From Rhodobacter capsulatus SB 1003 (lineage in GTDB: Bacteria; Pseudomonadota; Alphaproteobacteria; Rhodobacterales; Rhodobacteraceae), in the NCBI RefSeq assembly GCF_000021865.1, contig NC_014035.1, positions 30,001 through 62,000 of the forward strand: a stretch of 32,000 nt of DNA, in the 5' to 3' direction. The position numbers were made by a program, and so were the translations under genes. The notes beneath the pieces are model-generated. The model did not search any database. It was not told the DNA's origin and saw only the letters and a program-made list of their open reading frames with translations. Below, piece after piece: positions 24,896 through 32,000 of the stretch (position 1 is the first letter of the stretch; the number at the start of each line of letters is the position of its first letter).

Positions 24896-25804
24896 TCAGG
24901 CCAGATGTTCTACACGCGCCCCCGGAAACCGGGTCACGGCCTGCAGGATCGTCTCGGCCCGCGGCATCAGACAGGCCGCGGTCGAGAGCGCATCGGCCAG
25001 ACCGGCCTCGGGCGCGGTGATCGTCACCAGCTTCCAGACCGCGGGCGCCGGGCGGCCGGTCCCCGGATGCAGGATGTGACCGACCCGCCCGGCGCTGTCG
25101 AAGGTCGTTCCAAGCGCCGAGGAACTGGCCAGCGCGCGATCCTGCAAGGCGACCTGACCGCCTGCGGCCAAGGTGATCGGCCAGGGCGTGCCATCGGTCT
25201 GCGGGCCAAGCGCGCGCATCTCGCCGGTGTCGATCAGGATGCGCTCCAGCCCGCGGCCGCGCAAAAGCGCCGCCACCTTGTCGGCGATGAAACCCTGCGC
25301 AATGCCGTTCAGCGTCAGCGTCTGTCCGGGGGCCAGCCGGATCCCGCCGCTGTCGAACCGCACCGAACCCCAGTCAACCCGGTGCAAAGCCGCCGCGATT
25401 TCCGCCTCATCCGGGGCAAGACCGGCGCCGAACCGGGTCGCATACAGCGTCCAGAGCGGCTGCACCGTCGGATCGAAGAGCCCCGCCGTCGCAGCATGGA
25501 CCGTTCCCGCCAGCGCCAGGCATTCGAGCAGCTCGAAGGGCGGATCTTCCAGCCGACCGGCCGCATTCAGCCGGCTCAGCGCGCTGTCGGCCCGGGTCAG
25601 CGAAAACACCGCCTCCAGTCGCGCGATCTCGGCGGCGGCTTCGGCGGTGATCGCCGCCGCCTCGGGGTGGTCGATCACGATCCGGGCGCGGGCGCCAAGG
25701 GCGATCCCCTCCCAGACCCGGCTGGCGGCGGCGAGCGGGCTGGCGGCAAGGGCGGCGATCCCGGCGGAAATGCTCAGAAACCGGCGGCGGCTGAAATCGG
25801 TCAT
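24896..25804 (-). CDS. nosX: NosX, ApbE-family FAD:protein FMN transferase (periplasmic, Tat signal)
   Basis: Start at ATG 25804 (TGATG overlap with the nosL stop). MTDFSRRRFLSISAGIAALAA is a twin-arginine signal. ApbE-like blocks LNGIAQGFIADKV and ALSTA are present. The track ORF 24896..26530 is a read-through artefact. Confidence 0.85.
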   Translation of the reverse strand: MTDFSRRRFLSISAGIAALAASPLAAASRVWEGIALGARARIVIDHPEAAAITAEAAAEIARLEAVFSLTRADSALSRLNAAGRLEDPPFELLECLALAGTVHAATAGLFDPTVQPLWTLYATRFGAGLAPDEAEIAAALHRVDWGSVRFDSGGIRLAPGQTLTLNGIAQGFIADKVAALLRGRGLERILIDTGEMRALGPQTDGTPWPITLAAGGQVALQDRALASSSALGTTFDSAGRVGHILHPGTGRPAPAVWKLVTITAPEAGLADALSTAACLMPRAETILQAVTRFPGARVEHLA

Positions 25805-26364
25805 CACATCCCCCCCTGCATCTTCGCATGGTCGTGTTTTTGCATCCGCGCCCGGTAATCGGCCTCTTCTGCCGCCTGCACCTCGGGCGGGACGGGGGCC
25901 AGAACGGTCTCGGGGATTTCGGAAAGCCGCATCAGCTGCCCACCATATTGGGCGATGAAGGCCCGGGCATCCTCGGTCCGGGCGAAGGGCACGGTTTCGG
26001 GCTGATCCATCCCGCCCAGCCGCGAGCTGCCGACCACATAAACCGCCGTATCGGCGGCGATCCAGGGCAGGCTGCCGGGCTTTGTCCAATCGCCCGCGCC
26101 CATGTCGGTGACATAGCTGGCCTGCACCGCGCCATCCTTTTCGGGCATCCGCAGATAGGTGACGACATCGCGCACCTGACTGAAGAACAAGGGTTTTCCG
26201 GGGTGGGCATCCAGATGCACCTGCGCCTTCGGGCCACCGTGATCGAGAATGTTCATCTGGCAGAAATAGCCCACCGCCTCGGGGGTCAGCGACACCGGCT
26301 GCGGGATCGCGGCCTCCTCGCGGCAGGCGGCCAGCAGGCAGAAGGCAAGGAGGAAGCGTTTCAT
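25804..26364 (-). CDS. nosL: NosL copper-chaperone lipoprotein
   Basis: Start at ATG 26364 (ATGA overlap with nosY). It has the lipobox MKRFLLAFCLLAAC, and GYFCQMNILDHGGPKAQV is the typical NosL motif. Confidence 0.9.
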   Translation of the reverse strand: MKRFLLAFCLLAACREEAAIPQPVSLTPEAVGYFCQMNILDHGGPKAQVHLDAHPGKPLFFSQVRDVVTYLRMPEKDGAVQASYVTDMGAGDWTKPGSLPWIAADTAVYVVGSSRLGGMDQPETVPFARTEDARAFIAQYGGQLMRLSEIPETVLAPVPPEVQAAEEADYRARMQKHDHAKMQGGM

Positions 26365-27182
26365 GGCACGACCTTTTTGAACGAGAGAAGGGCAAGCCCG
26401 CCCGAGACGAGGGGCCACAGAAGGACGGAGGCCGCCGATTGCCAGACCGGCACCGCCTGCGCGGCGGCAGCGACCCCGGCGGCGACCGCCGTCGCCTGCG
26501 AGGCGGCCAGGTTGTAAAGCCGGAACGCATCGGCCGGATTGGCCAGCAGCGTCAGCGGAAAGACCTGTCTGGTGAAAAAGCCGCCATTGTCTGCCACCAC
26601 CGCGGCCAGAAGCGCCAGATCATAAAGCACGACGACCAGAAGCCAGAGCCCGATCGCCAGGCCCGCCGCCCCCGAGGGCCGCCTGGCCCGCGCCGAGATC
26701 GCATAGCCCAGCCCAAGGAAAGTGGCGCCAAGCGCGACCGAGGTCCAGATTAGCCGCAACAGCGCGCCAAGCCCCGCGACCGAGGCCGGATCGAGCAGCA
26801 CGGCCGCCACCCCCGCCGCGCCATAGCCCGCCACCAGCGCCAGCATCAGGATCGCCAGATGCGCCGCCGCCTTGCCCGCCAGGATCCGCCCGCGCCCGAC
26901 CGGATAGGTCAGGATGAGCGAGAGCGTGCCGCGTTCGGCCTCGCCCGCCACCGCGTCGAAGGACAGCAACAGCGCGATCAGCGGCACCAGATAGACCGAG
27001 AGGCTGGTCAGGCTGGCCACCGTCACCGACAGCCGGTCCACGCCCAGACTGCCGGTGGGGCCAGAGCCCGCCGCGGTCAGGATCAGCGCGAAGATCACCA
27101 TCAGCACGGCGGCAATCGCCAGCCAGCGGTTGCGCGCGGCGATGCGGAATTCGGCTTTCGCCAGCGCAAGGATCGCCGTCAT
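26361..27182 (-). CDS. nosY: NosY ABC-2 type permease
   Basis: 273 aa with six hydrophobic segments, positioned between nosF and nosL with 4-nt overlaps on both sides. Confidence 0.9.
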   Translation of the reverse strand: MTAILALAKAEFRIAARNRWLAIAAVLMVIFALILTAAGSGPTGSLGVDRLSVTVASLTSLSVYLVPLIALLLSFDAVAGEAERGTLSLILTYPVGRGRILAGKAAAHLAILMLALVAGYGAAGVAAVLLDPASVAGLGALLRLIWTSVALGATFLGLGYAISARARRPSGAAGLAIGLWLLVVVLYDLALLAAVVADNGGFFTRQVFPLTLLANPADAFRLYNLAASQATAVAAGVAAAAQAVPVWQSAASVLLWPLVSGGLALLSFKKVVP

Positions 27183-28066
27183 TGCCCGTCCCTCCGGCTG
27201 AAATGGCTGTAGATGTCTTCAAGCGAGGGCGGGATCAGGTCGAGATCGGTCACCGCCGCGCCCAGAGCCGCAATCCGGCCCAGCCAGGCCAGCTTCTGCC
27301 CCTGCGCCACGTTCAGATGAAACTGCGCGCCGGAAAGCACCGCCTCGGGCAGGGCAAGGGCGACGGTTTCGACCTGCCCGAACGCCGGGGTGATCTGCAG
27401 CGTCACCGGCAGATCGGCCGCGGCGCGCAGACCGGCCAGCGTGCCCGTCGCCACCAGATGCCCGCCCGACAGGATCACGATCCGGTCGGTCCGCGCCTCC
27501 ACCTCGGTCAGCGCATGCGACGAGAGCAGGATCGCCGCGCCCTCGGCCGCCAGTTCGTCCAAAAGCGCATAGAAATCCCGCCGCGACACCGGATCGAGGC
27601 CAGAGGTCGGTTCATCAAGGATCAGCAGTTTCGGACGCCCCACCAGCGCCTGCGCCAGCCCGACGCGCTGCCGCATCCCCTTGGAATAGGTGCCGATCCG
27701 CCGCCGCGCCGCGCCATGCAGTCCGACCCGATCGAGCAGGCTGCGCGCCTGCCCGGGATCCTCGCCGCGCAGCGACAGAAAAAGTCGGATCTGTTCCTCG
27801 CCGGTCAGGGCGGGGTGAAAGGCGACGTTTTCGGGCAGATAGGCCACGCCCGCCCGCGCCTGCGCCGATCCCGGCGCCGCCCCCAGAACCGAGACCTGCC
27901 CGCCGTCGAACGGGATCAGGCCGAGGACGATCTTCATCAGCGTGGATTTGCCCGCGCCGTTATGGCCCAAAAGCGCCACCCTTTCGCCGGGGGCGACCTG
28001 GAAGCTGACGGCACTGAGCGCCGCAACCTCCTGATAGTGCTTAGTGAGCGAGGTCAGTTTCAGCAT
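27179..28066 (-). CDS. nosF: NosF ABC ATPase
   Basis: Start at MLKLTSLTKHYQ (ATG 28066). It has Walker A GHNGAGKST, signature YSKGMRQRV and Walker B LLILDEPTSGLD. It overlaps the nosD 3' end by 26 nt. Confidence 0.9.
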   Translation of the reverse strand: MLKLTSLTKHYQEVAALSAVSFQVAPGERVALLGHNGAGKSTLMKIVLGLIPFDGGQVSVLGAAPGSAQARAGVAYLPENVAFHPALTGEEQIRLFLSLRGEDPGQARSLLDRVGLHGAARRRIGTYSKGMRQRVGLAQALVGRPKLLILDEPTSGLDPVSRRDFYALLDELAAEGAAILLSSHALTEVEARTDRIVILSGGHLVATGTLAGLRAAADLPVTLQITPAFGQVETVALALPEAVLSGAQFHLNVAQGQKLAWLGRIAALGAAVTDLDLIPPSLEDIYSHFSRRDGQ

Positions 28067-29360
28067 CTTCTTCGGTGTCTTTCGTCCAGCGGTCGCCCAG
28101 TTCCGCCGCAGCCGCGGCCAGTTCGGGGGCAAGGGGGATTTCAAGGGGCGCCATCAGCGGATGGCTGTCGACGATGCCGCCGGGCAGCGTCGCGGGGAAA
28201 CTTTGCTGGCTCCAGCGGATCAGCTGCACCGCGGGCGCGCCGATCAGAAGCCCGGCCGCGGGTTGCGACCACAGGATATGGTCCATCAGGTCATTCGGCC
28301 GGAACGCCTGATCGGCAAAGCCGTCGCCGTTCAGATCGAAGGCGGCAAGGTCGGACCAGAAATTGCCGCGCCCGTCCAGGCTCCATTCCAGATCGCGGGT
28401 GCCGACATATTTCACCTGATTGCGGTTGCCCACAAAGGCATTGCCGGTCACCGCATTCCGTGCCGATCCGGCGGTATAGTGAATGCCGATGTCGCAGCCC
28501 TGAAAGCGGTTTTCCGCGATCAGGTTCTTGTTCGCATCGTAAAGAAAGGTGCATTTCGCCGCGCCGATGACCAGATTGCCGATCACGTCGGCATCGTTCG
28601 TGGAATTCAGCATCACCCCGTGGTCACGATCCATCAGCGAGATATTGCCCGTCACCTGCACCCGGCGCGAATACATCATCGCAAAGCCAAGGTGGTTGCC
28701 GATCGAGATATTGTCTTCGACCACGCTGTCATTCGTATACATGTAGTGGATGGCAAAGCGCAGATCGCGAAAGGTGTTGCGCCGGTAGATGTCCTTTTTC
28801 GAGGCATTGGAAAAGATGCCGTCGCGGCCCCAGCGCACCTCGTTGTCCTCGATCAGCACGCCGGGCGCGTTCCAGACGTAAAAGCCGTTGCCCCGCGCGA
28901 TCATGTGCGCATCCTGCCGCCCAAGGATGGTGTTGCGCCGCGCCGTGCCGTCGATGGCGCCGTGAAAGTCGATCCCGTGCAGGTTGTCGCGCAGAAGGTT
29001 GCCCTCGATCAGCGTGCGGGCCACGCCCTTGACCACCTTGATCCCGGCGTCGATCTCCTCGTTGCGGCGGCCCGAGTTCTGCACGGTCAGCCCGCGCAGG
29101 GTGACGTCATCGGCGGTCACGGTCAGCACCGTGCCGCGGCCGTTGCCGTCGATCACCGCGCCGCCCTGCCCGTCAAGCGTAAGGGATTTGTCGATGACGG
29201 CGGGGCCATAGGACCCCGCCGCCAGTTTGAGCACGTCGCCCGGGCGGGCCGTGGCGATCGCGCCTTGCAGGGCTGCCTTGCCCGGGAACACCATGACCGT
29301 TTCTGCCTGCAAGGGGCAGGCGAGCAGGATCAGGAGGAGAGAGAGACAGGGCAGCCGCAT
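28041..29360 (-). CDS. nosD: NosD periplasmic beta-helix protein (CuZ maturation)
   Basis: 439 aa with a signal peptide and repeated parallel-beta-helix motifs (..N.I.GN.., RGNGFYVWN, GIHYTAGS). Confidence 0.92.
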   Translation of the reverse strand: MRLPCLSLLLILLACPLQAETVMVFPGKAALQGAIATARPGDVLKLAAGSYGPAVIDKSLTLDGQGGAVIDGNGRGTVLTVTADDVTLRGLTVQNSGRRNEEIDAGIKVVKGVARTLIEGNLLRDNLHGIDFHGAIDGTARRNTILGRQDAHMIARGNGFYVWNAPGVLIEDNEVRWGRDGIFSNASKKDIYRRNTFRDLRFAIHYMYTNDSVVEDNISIGNHLGFAMMYSRRVQVTGNISLMDRDHGVMLNSTNDADVIGNLVIGAAKCTFLYDANKNLIAENRFQGCDIGIHYTAGSARNAVTGNAFVGNRNQVKYVGTRDLEWSLDGRGNFWSDLAAFDLNGDGFADQAFRPNDLMDHILWSQPAAGLLIGAPAVQLIRWSQQSFPATLPGGIVDSHPLMAPLEIPLAPELAAAAAELGDRWTKDTEEDAETDLAH

Positions 29361-29363
29361 CGG

Positions 29364-31310
29364 TTACGCCTTCGGACGCACGAACATGCGGCCGCGCATT
29401 TCCATGTGCAGCGCGTGGCAGAACCACTGGCAGTAATACCAGTAGACGCCCGGATTGGCGGCGACGAAGGTGACCGACGAGGTCGCCTGCGGTCCGATCT
29501 CCATCGCCACGCCGTGGCCGCCCATGGTGAAGCCATGCGTCAGGTCGTCGATGTCATCGAGGTTGGTGATGACCATCGTCACCTCGTCGCCCTCGTTCAC
29601 CTCGAAGCTTTCCATCGCATAGTTCGGCGCCACGGCCGACATGTAGACGCGGACCTTGGTCGGATCGGCCTTGTCGCGGATGACAAAGGCCTGTTCGTCG
29701 TCCAGATCGACGCCATCGGCCTCGGCCTGTTTGCGCGTCTCGGCCCAGAACGGGTCGTTGCGGTCCCAGATCGATTTGATGCCCGTCATCTTCGAGGCAT
29801 GCACGGCAATCGCATCATGCGGTTCCGCGAAGTTCGGCCCGTCGTGCACGACCTTCATCTTGTCGCCCGAGATGTCGATCAGCTGGTCGTTTTCGGGCTT
29901 CAGCGGCCCGACGTTCAGGAACCGGTCCTTGGAGAATTTGCACAGGCAAACCAGCCACTTGCCATCGGCCTCGAGGGTCTCGCCCATCGAGGTCTTGAGG
30001 TGGCCCGGCTGATATTGCACGTCGCATTTGTCGAGGATCGGATCGACCTTTTCGCCCGCGTAAAGCCGCTTGGCCAGATCGATGTTCCATTTCACCACCT
30101 GGCTGTCGAGGAAGAGCGAGGTATAGACATTGCCCTTGCCGTCAAAGGCGTTGTGCAGCGGGCCCAGCCCCAGTTCCGGTTCCGCCACCACGACCGAACG
30201 CGGATCGACATCCGAGGCAAACAGCGTGTCCAGCTTCGTGACGTCGATCACCGTGACGGTGGGCGAGAGCTTGCCGCCGATGCACAGGTGCACCTTGTCG
30301 GGGGCCATGTTGCAGCCATGCGGGTTGTTCGCGACGGGGATGTAGCGGGTGTAGTTCTTGTTCGAGCCCTTGCGGCCGTCGATCACCTTGACGCCGTTGA
30401 GCGTTTGATAGTCGCCCGCTTTGATGCCCTTTTCGATCTCGGCGATGTTGAAGACGACGACATGGTCCATGTCCGAGGCGGTCATCTGGGCGGTGTTCAT
30501 GCCCATTTCGCTGTTGTAGCTGGTCGAGAACGCCCATTTGCCTTCGTAATCGGCGTCGCAATTGTCGAGGTTGCCGGACACGATCACCTGCCACGCCACA
30601 TCCCACTTGTCGGCATCGACCGCGGTGAAGATGTTCACGTAAGTGCCCACGTCGTCCATCGTCGCGCCGTCATTGGCCAGCGGCGTTTCATCCTCGCCGT
30701 TGCAGAAGACGTAATTCGAGCGCGGCCATTTCTGCGGCCGCAGCCCGTGGATGGCGTGCGCATTCGGGATTTCGAGGATCGCATCGCATTTCATCACGTC
30801 GCAGCGCACCCGGGCGACGCGGGTATTCGACTTGTCATTCATGAACAGGAAGCGGCCGTCATACTTGCCCTCGGTGAAGGACATGTGGACGTGGTGCAGA
30901 TCGCCCTGATCGTGGATCTTCTTGCCGTTGGCCGCGAGGAATTTCTTCGTGTGTTCGGTCATCGCGCGCTGATGCACGCGCAGCGACTCATTCGTCTGCC
31001 CCCAGCCGGTGGCCGAGCAGCGGTTGAACACCGGAACCCGCATCAGCTCGCGCATCGAGGGCACGCCGAGAATGCGCATCTCGCCCGACTGGCCCGAGGA
31101 CCAGAAGCCGTAATATTCGTCCAGCTGGCCCGGGGCGACCTCGAAGCCGCCCGTGGCGCCTTCGGCCTGCGCCGCGGTGGCCAGCGTCGCCGCGCCGATC
31201 CCGGTGCCAAGCGCCAGACGGCCGGCAAGCCCGCCCGCCAGCGCCGCGCCGCCCGCGGTGGCGCCCAGAAGCATCCTGCGGCTGATGCCGGATCTGGTTT
31301 CCTCGGTCAT
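29364..31310 (-). CDS. nosZ: Nitrous-oxide reductase NosZ (clade I, Tat-exported)
   Basis: 648 aa. It has the Tat signal [12 protein letters not shown], the block [33 protein letters not shown] and the CuA site [12 protein letters not shown] at the C-terminus. An AAGGAG SD lies upstream. Confidence 0.97.
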   Translation of the reverse strand: MTEETRSGISRRMLLGATAGGAALAGGLAGRLALGTGIGAATLATAAQAEGATGGFEVAPGQLDEYYGFWSSGQSGEMRILGVPSMRELMRVPVFNRCSATGWGQTNESLRVHQRAMTEHTKKFLAANGKKIHDQGDLHHVHMSFTEGKYDGRFLFMNDKSNTRVARVRCDVMKCDAILEIPNAHAIHGLRPQKWPRSNYVFCNGEDETPLANDGATMDDVGTYVNIFTAVDADKWDVAWQVIVSGNLDNCDADYEGKWAFSTSYNSEMGMNTAQMTASDMDHVVVFNIAEIEKGIKAGDYQTLNGVKVIDGRKGSNKNYTRYIPVANNPHGCNMAPDKVHLCIGGKLSPTVTVIDVTKLDTLFASDVDPRSVVVAEPELGLGPLHNAFDGKGNVYTSLFLDSQVVKWNIDLAKRLYAGEKVDPILDKCDVQYQPGHLKTSMGETLEADGKWLVCLCKFSKDRFLNVGPLKPENDQLIDISGDKMKVVHDGPNFAEPHDAIAVHASKMTGIKSIWDRNDPFWAETRKQAEADGVDLDDEQAFVIRDKADPTKVRVYMSAVAPNYAMESFEVNEGDEVTMVITNLDDIDDLTHGFTMGGHGVAMEIGPQATSSVTFVAANPGVYWYYCQWFCHALHMEMRGRMFVRPKA

Positions 31311-31328
31311 GGTCGAACTCCTTTTCGT

Positions 31329-32000
31329 TCAGTGAGGGGTATGGGGATGGTTGCGCAGATCGCGCGGCACCGACGCCGATGTCGGCGCCACGGCGGCGCG
31401 GCGTTTGTCCTGCCGGATCACCACCGGGCAGCGCGCGTGGCTTTGGTAAAGCACCTGGCAATGCAGGCAGGTGACGCATTCGTTCGGGTTGATCTCGCCC
31501 GTGGGGTGGATCGCCTGCACCGGGCAGTCATGCGCGCAGACCTGACAGGGGTTGCCGCAATCGTGGTAGCGCTTGAGCCAGTCGAACATCCGCAGCCGCG
31601 CCGGAATGGCGAGTGCCGCGCCCAGCGGGCAGAGATAGCGGCAATAGAACCGCTCGACAAAAAGCCCGGCCAGCAGCAGCGCGGCGGCATAGGCGACAAA
31701 GGGCCAGGCGCGCACGAATTTCAGGATGATCGCGGTCTTGAAGGGCTCGATTTCCGCCAGATGTTCGGCCTGTTCGATCGAGCCCAGCGAGACCCCGAAC
31801 AGCCCAAGGAAGATCATGTATTTGATCGGCCAAAGCCGTTCATTGAGGCCCCAGGGCAGGGTCCATTGCGGAATGTGCAGGGCGCGGGCGATGCGGTTGG
31901 TGATTTCCTGCAAGGCGCCAAAGGGGCAAAGCCAGCCGCAATAGGCGCCGCGGCCCCAGAACAGCAGCGCGGCGGCGACGGCAAACCACAGGATGAAGGT
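31329..32000 (-). CDS. nosR: NosR membrane flavo-/FeS regulator-electron donor (C-terminal part; 5' end outside window)
   Basis: The frame stays open to the window edge: TFILWFAVAAALLFWGRGAYCGWLCPFGALQE...CRYLCPLGA...CGNPCQVCAHDCP...CVTCLHCQ. These are the NosR/NirI-type CX3CP motifs and two ferredoxin-like Cys clusters. The gene lies 18 nt upstream of nosZ. Confidence 0.9.
   Translation of the reverse strand, partial: TFILWFAVAAALLFWGRGAYCGWLCPFGALQEITNRIARALHIPQWTLPWGLNERLWPIKYMIFLGLFGVSLGSIEQAEHLAEIEPFKTAIILKFVRAWPFVAYAAALLLAGLFVERFYCRYLCPLGAALAIPARLRMFDWLKRYHDCGNPCQVCAHDCPVQAIHPTGEINPNECVTCLHCQVLYQSHARCPVVIRQDKRRAAVAPTSASVPRDLRNHPHTPH

Noticed and set aside
24896-26530. 544-aa ORF spanning nosX, nosL and the nosY 3' end
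   Set aside because: Only the last 302 codons (from MTDFSRRRFL, a Tat signal) look like ApbE/NosX. The upstream part is an alternate frame over nosL/nosY.
1-32000. Search for CRISPR arrays, tRNA/rRNA genes, further B12 boxes (GTCAGGAGACC / GGTCTCCTGAC) and long tandem repeats
   Set aside because: By eye I found only the two B12 boxes reported. No repeat-spacer periodicity or tRNA-like cloverleaf candidates turned up in the few intergenic regions.

Overview
High-GC, alphaproteobacterial-type DNA (Rhodobacteraceae-like, judged from the NosZ sequence and codon style). It is almost fully coding and most genes are on the minus strand.

Right third (24.9-32 kb): a clade-I nitrous-oxide reductase cluster, nosR (partial)-nosZ-nosD-nosF-nosY-nosL-nosX. 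It is followed on the same strand by a DUF2946-like small Cys/His protein and a PepSY-TM membrane protein. Next come a small membrane-protein gene and nnrS, which diverge from a single FNR/NnrR-type box.

Middle:
- a vapBC (Phd/YefM-PIN) toxin-antitoxin cassette
- a TAXI-type TRAP transporter
- the most interesting unit in the window: a cobalamin riboswitch placed directly in front of an AraC-family regulator, followed by a tightly translationally coupled operon of TonB-dependent receptor, O-methyltransferase-like SAM enzyme and NitT/TauT (ThiY/NMT1-like) ABC transporter

Left:
- two paralogous FecCD/BtuFCD-type ABC uptake operons, one of them behind a second, textbook cobalamin riboswitch
- an EamA/DMT transporter
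- a decayed siderophore locus: a TonB-receptor C-terminal fragment, a condensation-domain fragment and an internally deleted, frameshifted IS1182-like transposase
- a visibly lower-GC islet encoding a secreted alpha/beta hydrolase

I saw no rRNA, tRNA or CRISPR. Many long ORFs in the track are antisense artefacts of high GC content.
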